Counted from the first letter of the whole stretch, positions 38,524 to 50,667 are shown. The stretch is 63,872 bases of DNA, filler included, from Octopus bimaculoides (GCF_001194135.2; 6 parts of 5 records of this genome joined end to end with filler, not necessarily neighbours in it); one strand, 5' to 3'. Notes: generated from the letters alone by a model not told the origin. Numbers and translations: made by a program.

Positions 38524-38703
38524 GACTTGGCACGTAACATAATACTCACCCTGGGGCAGGCTTTCGAAATAGCCTACCAGATGGCTTTGAAGGAGAAGGC
38601 CGAAGAGGAGGCTTTGGAGTTTGAACGGAAGCTGAGCCTTGGTAAGTCCGACTACGCAGCCCACAGTTCGAGTACTTCTCACACATCTCAAGGATTTGCA
38701 TAG
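38524..38703 (+). CDS. ANKS1: Exon encoding the C-terminal helix of a PTB domain, ANKS1A/B (Odin/AIDA-1)-like
   Basis: Strong polypyrimidine acceptor ttctcttctccgttttgcag|; DLARNIILTLGQAFEIAYQMAL closely matches ANKS1 (..IILTLGQAFEVAYQLAL); donor TTG|GTAAGT at 38641/38642 or in-frame TAG at 38701-38703. Confidence 0.8.
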   Translation, partial: DLARNIILTLGQAFEIAYQMALKEKAEEEALEFERKLSLGKSDYAAHSSSTSHTSQGFA

Positions 38704-39226
38704 CTGGCACTCACACAGAACTACAAGTGATATGAATAATATCAAGGTAATCCGTCACCTCCTTTCTACCTTTGTGTGTGCATTTGGGGGGACCTGTGTG
38801 TAACCCTTCCTCTTATCCTTATCCTCATCTCCAGTCAGTTCACCATCGATTCGTTGCAGGGAAAATTCATTGTAAAGATTGTTTCATAACCTCTCAATTA
38901 CAGTTTTTCTCTCAATTATTTTATTGAGAAAAAAAAGATATTTAACTATTAATGGTGACATACTACGTATAGATTTTCTTGGTAAACTTTCCTCGCATTG
39001 AACTCTCCATGTGGTAAACTTTCCTTACATTGAACTTTTCCATGTGGTAAACTCTACTATGTAGAGCTCCCCCTCTTTGGCTTATACTTACATGCATCTC
39101 TCTCCATCCATTCGTTTATCCCTAGGCCTATCTGTCTGTCTTTCTATCACCTATCTATTTGTCTGTCTGTCTATCTATTTTTATCCGTCTGTCTATCTGT
39201 TTGTCTTTCTATCACCTATCTATCTA

Positions 39227-39257
<31 letters not shown>

Positions 39258-39366
39258 TTCCATATATGTCCGTCTATCTGCCCATCTCTGTCCGTCTCTC
39301 CATCCATGCACCCCTTCATCTGTCTCTATATCTATGTATTTCTCTCTCTCTCTTTCTGTCTTTGTG

Positions 39367-39409
<43 letters not shown>

Positions 39410-40128
39410 TCACACACGTGTGCGCTCACACACTCGCTGGAGTGTATATTTCTGAGTGTGTGTTGTTTAATTAAATATCAATTTAACTCTTTACCCCTCA
39501 ACCTGATCCCTAATCTCTCTCAAGGTCAACTACTAGTGACCTCTAATTTAAAATAGGGATCAACTTGCATCTACACCCACACACTGAGCCCTAAATAATA
39601 TTGAAACATCATCCCAGCTTAGGGGTGTGGGGCTGTGTGTAGATATGTAAGTGTGTGTGTGTGTGTGTATGTGTGTGTTTATGTGGCTTGTGTGTGGGTA
39701 CGTGTGCATAGAAATATGTCTGTGTGTGTGTGTGTATGGTTAAGTGTGTGTGTTTGTGGTGTATGGTTGTGTTTGTGTGTGTGTAGACATAATTGGGTGT
39801 ATCTGTTCTGTGTGTGTGTATGCATGTGTGTGGATAATTTGGTTGTGTGTGTGTATGTATGTGTGTGTTTATGTGCATGTAAATGTGTATACGGTTAAGT
39901 TTGTGTGTAGATACATATGCATGGTGCTGTGTGTGTAGGTGTGTTTGCATTTATGTGCATGTAAATATATGCGTGTATAGTTAAGAGTGTGTGTGTGTGT
40001 GTGTTTGTATGGCATATGCATATGTGTGTAGATGTATGATTGTGTGTGTGTGTGTGTGTGTAGATTATGTGGGATTGTGTGCTGTGTGCCTGTGATGTGT
40101 TTATATATAAATATATTCTCTTTTACAT

Positions 40129-40309
40129 GTTTCAAGAACTCATCGATGAAAATCCACCATCACATATAGAAAAATTAATAATTAATATTAATAATACTAT
40201 CTTTATCCTATGATATTTACTTTGTTTTATATTATACTCATTCATTGTGCTTTTAATTATTAATTTTCCTATATGTGATAGTGGATTTTCATCGATGAGT
40301 TCTTGAAAC
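40129..40309. mobile_element. 181-bp foldback element or MITE with about 57-bp inverted arms
   Basis: gtttcaagaactcatcgatgaaaatccaccatcacatatagaaaaattaataattaa versus reverse complement of about 40253-40309, about 2 mismatches. Confidence 0.85.
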
Positions 40310-40734
40310 TTGGTTATTTTCCCTAAAACTATACATTTTATATATATCTTAATCTATNNNNNNNNNNNNNNNNNNNNNNNNNNNNNNNNNNNNNNNNNNN
40401 NTTAATTAATTAANNNNNNNNNNNNNNNNNNNNNNNNNNNNNNNNNNNNNNNNNNNNCCCATTCAGACATACACATGTTAGTCCCAACTGGGGCTAACAT
40501 GTATGAGAGTACGTACATGTGTATACATGTGTGTAAATGTCCATGTATATATGCATAGAAGGAAAGAAGAAATAAATGTGCCAGAGCAAATGAAACTTAG
40601 ATTCAATATAACACGCGACTTTGTTTATCGTGGAAACTATGTCCACTCACACTATTACCCATACACACGAACACGCACACACACATACGCACGTAAACAC
40701 ACACACACACACAAACACATGTCTTTTATTTTTT

Positions 40735-41040
40735 ATTTGCTTCAGTCATTTATTGAAGTGTTTTAGTCGAACTAATCACCCCGACTATTTTTTAAGAAAC
40801 CTGGTACTTACTCTATCTCTCTCTTTTGTCAAACCGCTAAGTTACAAGGACGTAAACACACTAACATCGGCTGTCAATTGTCAGGTGGTGGTGGTGGGGG
40901 ATAAACACAGACACAAAGACACACACGTACATACACACACATATATATACGACCTACTTCTTTCAATTTTCCACTACCAAAACCACTCATAAGGATCAAA
41001 GCTACAGATGAAGACACTTTCCCAAGTTACCACACAATGT
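40735..41040 (-). mobile_element. SINE family A, diverged copy
   Basis: tcagtcattt..ctggtacttactct..gtcaaaccgctaagttac..gataaacacagacac..cttctttcaattttccactaccaaa. Confidence 0.75.
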
Positions 41041-41109
41041 TAAATGAAGTTTACATTGTCGTATGAAGGTACATGTCAATACATGGACGATTCGATCGAT
41101 TCGTACCTC

Positions 41110-41190
41110 CTTACTGAAGAGTAGTCAGCGGTTACCTCGCTTGGATATCTGCCACTTCCGAGATTCCGCTCGCTATGAAACATATGTAGA
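41110..41190 (+). ncRNA. Hammerhead motif with intact core and weak helix I
   Basis: CTGAAGA-GTAG-TC-AGCGG...CCGCT-CG-CTAT-GAAA-CATAT-GTA; perfect palindromic helix III ACATATGT; helix I poorly paired. Confidence 0.6.
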
Positions 41191-41464
41191 CCGGATATTA
41201 TCTATTCTATTCTTTAACTCTTGTATTTTATTTGCATACCTGACAACCCTGGCTGCTTACTGTGAAATAAAAATAATTTTTCTCAGCTTACCATACTTCG
41301 ATACGGAAAAAATCCACAACCTTCCGCCTCAGTAAACCGTTATTGTTCCTGAAAGTTGTTTTTATATTTTCTACGGTTTGCTTGAAGCTCACCTTTTTCC
41401 TACACCTCGAACCTTGGATCTTACATTAAAAAAAAAATATATATATATATATATTTTCAATAAG

Positions 41465-41635
41465 TGACCGCGTGTGTATCGTTGGCGATTTTCTTTCGCT
41501 GTCTTCCCTTCTTTGGCCTTATTCTATATTTCTGATGAAGATCTCCGCTCGAAACGTAAAATCCTCTTTCTTTTCTTTCCTTTCCTGAGCGTCCAATAAC
41601 ACAGTACTTGTACCACATCCTCGCGTTCTTGTTTT
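41465..41635 (+). mobile_element. Penelope terminal-repeat copy containing a minimal HHR (41528-41562)
   Basis: Homologous to 9950-10110 (-); ATTT-CTGATGA-A-GATC-TCC-GCTC-GAAA-C-GTA-AAAT. Confidence 0.7.
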
Positions 41636-41899
41636 TTCATAGGAGATCATCCATGGAGTCTCTTTCTCTACGGATAGAGAACATTGAGTGAATGACTTGT
41701 AATCTTCTCTCGTAGAATAACTGGTATCTACTGAAATCGTTCACGGGTAGCATGGAACAGAAATAAAGTCTTTCAAACAATACACATCGGAGAGGAGCAT
41801 TATAAAAAAATCTGAAAAATCCCTAGAAATCCTAGAAAAAAGAAGAAAAAAGAAAACTAACAAAGTAGGCAACATCACATTAAAAAAGTTTAGCAAAAG

Positions 41900-43000
41900 T
41901 TTTTTTATCATCGTTCCTGTTGCACAAACAATGGAAAGCGTATTAAATAAGATATACAGACAGTGAAAACTAAAACAACATAATATGGTTAAGAAATTGT
42001 TGCAGTAAAGTGTAGTATATAGCAGTAATATGTTTTCGCTAACCACAATGCAAATTATATAAGCCAAAAAAGAAAAAGGAAAGAAGGAAAGGAGTCGTCA
42101 TAATTTTTCTTTTGGATTTAATGTCATAGGCCTTGATATAAAGCCTTAATATAAAGCGAAGTGATACTAAGACATGAATATATACGTAAGGTATATGGAC
42201 GATATTTTAATCATAATATACACATCGAAAGACGTTGAAAAATTAAAGCGTCGCATAGAAAATGACTCCAAATTAAAATCCAGAACAGTACATTTAAAAC
42301 TCCATTTTTAGATATAAATATAATTCAAATAGAAAGCAAATTCATCACGTCAGTCTACCTCCAAAACACAAACAAATACATATATACTTACAGATACTGC
42401 TTAGACGTGAAATCCCTACTTGGAAGAGCATAGACGTTTGTAAATAAATCCATAGAATAAAGCAAACTCTAGCGAACAGCGGGTATTCTGAAAAAGTAAT
42501 AGTAATTGGACGATACGAAAACGTACAACATGATTTGTACAACAAATACTGAACCTATTAAAAATACACAAAGCACACATAAAGTGCATTATATGAATGA
42601 AACTAAATATAGAATACAAAAAAAAAACTCGTAAAATGAAAGAGAAAACTGCATTATACTAAACGAAAAATTAACACAAGTAATTTACAATAAAATAGAA
42701 GTATTTTATAACCTTCAGTAATACGTCACAAGTATGTAACCTCGGAAACAATAAGCTTTGACTAATCTGATCTTTAAATTCGATTGCTAATTTGAAAGTT
42801 GTAAACATCACAACTCCTACCGTTATATTGGATATACAAGAACGGTAATTTTCTCACTAGTTAACCATTCACTTACAACACAGAACAAATACAATGAGCA
42901 GCACAAAGTGCAAAACTAAACAAGATCAGAAATCATTATTGGAAAATAAAATAGCTACCCAGTGAGGGAAGTTACCCAAAGATTGCCGGTTAATGATGGA
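41900..43000 (+). mobile_element. Decayed AT-rich Penelope-like RT region
   Basis: YVRYMDDILII..IEDVEKLKRRIENDSKLK..FLDI at about 42180-42320. Confidence 0.6.
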
Positions 43001-43217
43001 AGCTGTATCCCAAACACAACACTATGTTAAGAAAAGAAGGCACAGGTACACACTAGCCACAAACCTATAAAAAAAAACTTTACTGATGACATAAAAATCT
43101 AAATGTTCAAATTCAAATTAGAGTGATGTTTACACCAATCACACTGGACATGCCAGCCATAAAGATGCAGCAACGCATACTAACATCCCGCGAGTAGAGA
43201 CTATGCTAAAATTATAT

Positions 43218-43250
<33 letters not shown>

Positions 43251-43564
43251 TATNNNNNNNNNNNNNNNNNNNNNNNNNNNNNNNNNNNNNNNNNNNNNNN
43301 NNNNNNNNNNNNNNNNNNNNNNNNNNNNNNNNNNNNNNNNNNNNNNNNNNNNNNNNNNNNNNNNNNNNNNNNNNNNNNNNNNNNNNNNNNNNNNNNNNNN
43401 NNNNNNNNNNNNNNNNNNNNNNNNNNNNNNNNNNNNNNNNNNNNNNNNNNNNNNNNNNNNNNNNNNNNNNNNNNNNNNNNNNNNNNNNNNNNNNNNNNNN
43501 NNNNNNNNNNNNNNNNNNNNNNNNNNNNNNNNNNGTGTGTGTGTGTGTGTATCTATCTATCTAT

Positions 43565-43630
<66 letters not shown>

Positions 43631-44473
43631 CAAGCTATTCGCTACATTGCTTAAAATACGTCTCTCTCGACTTCCTTTAGTACATGCGCATTGATGTTTG
43701 AAATTATCCGAAGCCGGGCGCAGTCCTGGAGAACAGTTTATGCGCAGACGCAGACTTCCCTCACACTTCATCTTCTGTTTATACATTCCACATACTTCTT
43801 CTGAAATTATCTGCCATTGCATTATATCATTATCATATTTTCTAACGTCTGTTCATTTTTGTTATAGCTTTGTTTTACATTTACAACTTTTGCCGTCACA
43901 TTTCGTGCATGCTTTTTAAGTGTAAGAAAACAATCATTTAACGAAAATTTTCTTTTCATTTGTGATAGAAAACTAGTTATAATAAGAAAAAATAAAAGGC
44001 TTACTGCCCCAGTAGGTACTAAACGTCATTTACTATACAACTAATATATCTAAGATGATATTAATCTGCGACTCCTTAATGCGATATTATTGTTTTGCTT
44101 TATTTCGAACAGATTCAGCGGCCATGTATGTATGTATGCTTACTTGCATATACGTATAAAGGGATTACTTATAACAGTCAAGAGAAATTGTTTAATCAAC
44201 CTAGAAAAGAGTAATAAAGGTCAATATGTTTGTAAAGAAATGCATTGTTCCAGTCAGTAATTTCTATTAAAGCTTCCGCTCAGATTTTTAAAAGTATAAC
44301 AATAATGAGTACGTTTATTTGAAATAATATTTTCTCTTGGAAACTAAGGCTTATAGGATTTAAAACTGCAATTGCTTCGTTGCTCATATGCATAGTTCAT
44401 TTCCTTGAAAGCGTTTTACTTCCAAAAATTAAAAAAAATTATTTTTTCATTTTCATTATTATTGTTATTGTTA

Positions 44474-44510
<37 letters not shown>

Positions 44511-44535
44511 CATTATTATTATCATCATTATTATT

Positions 44536-44949
44536 GAGTGAGAGAGCAGTGCATGCCATCAAAGTGACACTGGGGTAAAATATACAAAGCCCAATATACC
44601 CATCATGTCTACCCGTCTGATAAGGGTACACCAGGCACATGCATCACAACCACATGTGCGCGACATGGTGATCTCATATCAACATAAACAGTGCATAACC
44701 TTGCAGGTGGGGCTCAGTTAGAATTTTCTTCAGGTCGAGTAGCTCATCCCGCTCAAAAGGTCCCTGAATAAGGTTAGTTTAAGGATGTCGAGCAAAACAC
44801 CCATGTTTCCAAAGATGAATTATTCAAACCCCAAAGAATTTCTCTCAACACATGGCTATGATGCTCCCCCACTACTTCTGCTCATGATCAGAGATGCACA
44901 TATCGTCAGCCACCAAGGGACATGCTCAACTGGTTAAGATCAAACAACT

Positions 44950-44950
<1 letters not shown>
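44536..44950. mobile_element. Unclassified about 415-bp non-coding insert flanked on both sides by (TTA)n
   Basis: Complex sequence bounded by TAA microsatellites at 44455-44535 and 44951-44995; no ORF homology recognised. Confidence 0.55.
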
Positions 44951-44999
<49 letters not shown>

Positions 45000-46007
45000 G
45001 GAGAAAACGTGCATACATAGATATCTATATATGCATGGGTATATACGAAAGTGGTGCATTTAGATGGCTACCGAACCTGCTAGGATCCCTAGACAAACAA
45101 CACTTTGGGAGTTACAGATAAATATATTCGTTTCATTATTAGCTGAAATGCATATAAATTTACGTTTATTGAAAATATGTTTTTTCCAATTTATGATATT
45201 TAAAAACGTCAATCATTTGATTTACATTTCTTGATGCTAAATATAAGTGAAAAATTTCAACTGACAGAAAACATGCAGTTACAATCCTATGCACAGGAGA
45301 TCAGAATAAACAAGTTCATGCATCATATATGAAGCAGAATAAGCAAGTGGTGAAATTATAATACCCCAGGGATGTAATATTGTTCATGATTTCAATGACT
45401 TCATTTCCACAGTTTTTAATAGAAATGTCATTGCAAAACAAGAAAAATTCCCCAAAATTGCTGCTTTAGCATCAAAACTTGGTACTGATAGCATCAGTGA
45501 GAAAATACTAAGACTATTTCCAGGAGACGAAAAAGTTCTGTTTAGACATGATCATTGTTCACGCCAGGATGATCTTTCAGAATTCACTACTATGTACTTA
45601 AGCTTACTAACTGTTTCAGGCTTGCTATTGCACATATTAAAACTAAAGACTAATGTTATAATCATTCTCCTTAGAATTGACTAAGCTAATGGCATATGTA
45701 ATGGTACACGTTTAGTTATTTAGGACATTCAAGCAAAAATCATCAAGGTAAAATTATAACCGAAGCCCCATTTCACAGAAAAACTGTTTATTCCATGACT
45801 CACTCTTTCTTCAGTCGGGGAAGTTACCATTCGCACATTAATTGTACAATAATTTCCTATTTATTTAGCCATAACCATGGTAATAAATCATAAGGGTAAA
45901 CATTTGAGAAGATTGTTTTATATTCACCATAACCAGTATTCATACATGAATTTATCCAGAAGGTCCACAGGCTTTCTACGTTTGAATATATGTATATGGC
46001 AACAACG

Positions 46008-46270
46008 TGAAGGCGCGTGGCCTAGTGGTTAGAGTGTTGCACTTACAATTGCTGGAATGTAGCTTCGATTTCCGGATCGGGCGGTGCGTTGTGATCTTGA
46101 GTAAAACATTTCATTTCACGTTGTTCCAGTTCACTCAACTGTAAATAGGGAGAATGTTGGCCTGCTCACCTAACCAGGAGGGTGGCGTCATTCGAAAAGT
46201 TAAACGATGCAAAGCGCATTGTGACCAGAGATGTATAACAACATCTGATAATCTGGTCGATACCGTGATA
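46008..46270 (+). mobile_element. tRNA-derived SINE, family C (CORE/Meta-like central part)
   Basis: gaaggcgcgtggcctagtggttagagtgttgcac..ttcgatttcc..cttgagtaaaacatttcatttcacgttgttccagttcactcaactgtaaa; second copy at 47768-48050. Confidence 0.75.
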
Positions 46271-46752
46271 CCGTGATGTACCAAACGGCAAATATATCAC
46301 AAAAAATATTGTTTACGAGGAAGTTCTCATTTAGAAGTACTTCTGACAATGACATATTACAGCCATACACAGCTGCAAATACTATTTATCTACATAACCT
46401 CGTTCTTGCCTACGCTCTTCAACAGAAAATTGTCACTAAATGTGATTAGGGTGATAGAAATACCTACATACCTATATTGCTAGAAGTAAGATCTAAAATT
46501 CTCTAATGTTGCAATCAACGCACATAAATGTAAACATATGCCGATTGAGATTTCTTAATACTAACGTCAGTTTCGGCAATTTCCGTTGCTTCATCAATTA
46601 AGATTGTCTCGAAAGTTCGGCTCTTTTTGGACTTGCTTCTCTATTAGTATATATGTTTTCGTCATCCAAATTAATGGTTGATATAACGATTTGCTAATGT
46701 GTATACATGAAATTAATATAAAAAGCAGTTTGCAATGTTTCACGAAAAAGGG

Positions 46753-46916
46753 GAACTATAATTGTCACTAAATGTGACTAGAGCTGATTAAGATCCCTGT
46801 TAGTTTATATGTTTACATTTATGTACGTTGACTACAACATTAGAACATTTAGCTCTTATTACTAGCAATGTAGGAGTTTCTAACACCCTAGTCACATTTA
46901 GTGACAATTATAATTC
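46753..46916. mobile_element. Small MITE with about 29-bp TIRs; orphan third TIR at 46428-46453
   Basis: gaactataattgtcactaaatgtgactag versus ctagtcacatttagtgacaattataattc. Confidence 0.75.
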
Positions 46917-46931
46917 TCGTTTTGGTGAAAC

Positions 46932-46987
<56 letters not shown>

Positions 46988-47475
46988 GTATATATATATA
47001 TNNNNNNNNNNNNNNNNNNNNNNNNNNNNNNNNNNNNNNNNNNNNNNNNNNNNNNNNNNNNNNNNNNNNNNNNNNNNNNNNNNNNNNNNNNNNNNNNNNN
47101 NNNNNNNNNNNNNNNNNNNNNNNNNNNNNNNNNNNNNNNNNNNNNNNNNNNNNNNNNNNNNNNNNNNNNNNNNNNNNNNNNNNNNNNNNNNNNNNNNNNN
47201 NNNNNNNNNNNNNNNNNNACAGCAAAGAACAACTCTATTCAGTGTGGCTGCTTTTAAAAAAAGATTAAACAGAAGACACAAGGCTGAATGTTTTGTTTCT
47301 GAACGCTTATCAGTCTATTTTAGATCATGTCTTCTAATTATCATATGAAGCAACAAATATTAAGATACCATTAATTATGTTTGATCATTGTGTCTGACCT
47401 CAAATTATCACCTTTGTCAGTTAAATAGAATATCTAAAGGCGGTATTAATCTTTTATTTATTACACACACACACA

Positions 47476-47556
<81 letters not shown>

Positions 47557-47767
47557 CCAGTATATGTTACCAAATCTTCTTTTCGGAATATAATCAGCAA
47601 ACAATTTCCTGTTTACTTCTTTGGTGACCGAAATAATGTGTTGTAGTGAGTTATAAAACTTCACCTAACTTATGATAGTCAAAGCAAATTTTCGTCATAT
47701 TCTCTGGCTGAATATTCGAATAATATCAGTTGATGGAAGTTTTTCCACTCACTATATTACAATATGT

Positions 47768-48050
47768 GAAAGTGCGCGGCCCAGTGGAGAGGGTGTTGCA
47801 CTCACGATCACTAGATCATAGCTTCGATTCTTGAACCGGGCGGTGCGTTCTATTCTCGAGCAAAGCACTTCATTCCACGTTGCACCGGTCCACTCAGCAG
47901 TAAATGATTTACCCTGTGTTGGATCGACGTACTGTTTAGTGGGAATGATGATCTAACTAGCGGGATAGCATCGTTCGAAAGCTACAACAACGTGAGGAAG
48001 TGCCTTATGACCAGGGATGTACAACAATAGTATACTCGATACCGTGATGA
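47768..48050 (+). mobile_element. SINE family C
   Basis: Alignable by eye to 46008-46270. Confidence 0.75.
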
Positions 48051-48627
48051 GTTATAATATGAGGTCCTATCGTGTTTGTATTTAGTTGGTAAATCAACCC
48101 TCTAAGATATTCTTCTCTCAATTATATCGTTTATGAGAAACATCGTGTTGCTATTGTTGCTGCTACAATTGTTGTAGTTTAACCCATGGTCGGTCTTAAT
48201 TGAAGCAATACATCTCTAACCACATGGACATTTTTCTGTGCAGTTATTATCCAAACTAATGTGTCCTTCTTTGAAACAGTAGAGGATTATACGAGGGCAA
48301 GATGGCTGTTATTCTTCGCTTGTTCAGCGACCTATATAACTCTCATTGACTCAGTATGTGTGTTTTTGTTGCGCGCTGTACGACGTATTTGTCTAAAGAA
48401 ACACATATACATACACGTACACAGTCATTGAAACAATAGTGGAGGCATTACATTGTAACTGAAGCAGCTACAATTAATCACCACGACTCAATCAAATCAA
48501 ACATCATCGTCTTAAATATAAGGAGGATACTTCTTATAATGTATTTCCATATATACTGTGCATGGAAATTAAAACGGGATGACCTCAACTGGAACGGTGA
48601 TCAAAGTCATGCATACATACGTACATA

Positions 48628-49245
48628 CGAGTGGGAACCCAAAAGTAACCGGAAACGTTCTCTGAGGGACAAACACGTTGTAGTTCAGACTTTTGCCGCT
48701 ATCGGCCACTAAATGTGATCGTCAGGCATCAGTCTGCCAACCGGCGTCTTCGAGTAAAGTCATACTGTCACGTGGTTGCGATGGCTGAAACGAAGGAACA
48801 GCGTGCTCACGTGAAATTCTCTTTTCTGTTGAGGAAAACGGCGGCCAAAATAGTTGTCATGCTTCAAACAGCTTACAAGGATGCTGCCATGTGCAAAACA
48901 CAAGTTTACGAGTGGTCTCCACGCTTTTAGAATGGCCACTTGTCGCTTGAAAACCAACCTCGTTCAGGGCGACCGTCGACTTCCCGAACGAATGAAAACA
49001 TGAAAATTCATGAACTGATCTTAGAGGATCGTCACCAAAAAATTGACGAACTTGTTGATATGATTAGTGTGTCTTGGAGCTGCTGCCAACGAATTTTGAG
49101 CGCGGAATTGCGAATGAAAAGAGTTGCAGCGAAATTTGTGCTCCGCTTGCTCACGGAAGATCAAAAGCAGTGACGACTGAATGCGTGTCGTGAACTGAAA
49201 GAACAAATGGAAGTCGATCCGGACCTTTTTTCGAAGATCATCACG
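48628..49245 (+). mobile_element. 5' half of a mariner, truncated just before the first catalytic Asp
   Basis: TIR TA|cgagtgggaacccaaaagtaaccggaa; MAETKEQRAHVKFSFLL..SLENQPRSGRPSTS..VAAKFVLRLLTEDQKQ..FSKIIT. Confidence 0.9.
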
Positions 49246-49739
49246 ATTTATAAAGTTTGCACAAAAATAACAAAATCGAAGCATGTACAGAGAAACTGCG
49301 TGCAGACGAGAAGAGTCNNNNNNNNNNNNNNNNNNNNNNNNNNNNNNNNNNNNNNNNNNNNNNNNNNNNNNNNNNNNNNNNNNNNNNNNNNNNNNNNNNN
49401 NNNNNNNNNNNNNNNNNNNNNNNNNNNNNNNNNNNNNNNNNNNNNNNNNNNNNNNNNNNNNNNNNNNNNNNNNNNNNNNNNNNNNNNNNNNNNNNNNNNN
49501 NNNNNNNNNNNNNNNNNNNNNNNNNNNNNNNNNNNNNNNNNNNNNNNNNNNNNNNNNNNNNNNNNNNNNNNNNNNNNNNNNNNNNNNNNNNNNNNNNNNN
49601 NNNNNNNNNNNNNNNNNNNNNNNNNNNNNNNNNNNNNNNNNNNNNNNNNTAAAATGAATATTTTTGATTTTCTCGCTTCTATGAATTTAATTGTTTTTAA
49701 ATGCTTCCGCCCATTGCTTTATACAAGAAAAAAAATTGG

Positions 49740-50560
49740 AAAATCCGGACCAAAACAGAGAAATTCTAACTTAGCAAAAGGTTGTATTCGAAAGCCAAAA
49801 GAACCCTTTGCATCACAAATTTCATCAGCCATGATACTGAAATAGCCTTCATGGCTTCATTAATAATTTGACTCTTGGTGACCTTTGCAAGACATTCAAT
49901 CAGTTGATTCTGGATAACAGGAGATAAATATGTGGCTTTCTTTGGTGCATTTTCCAGAAAGACTGCAAATTCAGGATTATCGTTTGCTTTCCACTTTATA
50001 AAAAAGTTGAAATTACTGTCTTCTTCCTTCTTCTCATGGGACCAGCTTCCTCTAAGTGAAATTCCTCTTTTTGCAAGGGAAGGGATGACATCAAGCATGC
50101 ATAAAAGAGCTAATCTGATCTTTTCAACTCGCTAAGCATATGCTTTACAAAGCTGTTCAGTGATTGATTTTTCTTCTTGGCATATCATCAAAACTTCATC
50201 AGCCATTTCCATTGCTCCTTAATGGGTTCTGATTTTTCATGACGAGTTAGAGACCCTCTTTCTTGTCCACAGACATTCTTCCAATCCTATAATGGCTTGG
50301 TTACAAATTCAGAATTGCTCATATCTTGGGCAGCGAAGCAAATACACACTGAACAAAAGCTGCATCCAGTGACTTAGAATACCTAAGCCATGGAAACTTT
50401 TCTATCCACGTTGGAGAATACCTTCTGTTCTGGTGATTCTTTGGGTATGTAAACTGCTTTGGTGGCTTCCACTTCTGCTGAAGAATGGTCTTGCGCTCAT
50501 TGTCAACCATAAATGTTCGACTATCTAGCCCAATATCAAGTTCGGGCGAATTTTGCATTC
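49740..50560 (-). mobile_element. hAT-superfamily transposase relic (TTF zinc finger plus DUF4371-like region)
   Basis: RRYSPTWIEKFPWLRYSKSLDAAF..C; LAKRGISLRG..EDSNFNFFIKWKA..FLENAPKKATYLSPVIQNQLIECLA. Confidence 0.85.
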
Positions 50561-50667
50561 CTTGCTCCTGAATTCCAAAGACCCCACTTTTTGAGATGGC
50601 TTGTATTTATAGTGATGAGATGCTAGATATCAGAGATTCATTGCTGGCATTACTAGTTTCAGGTATA

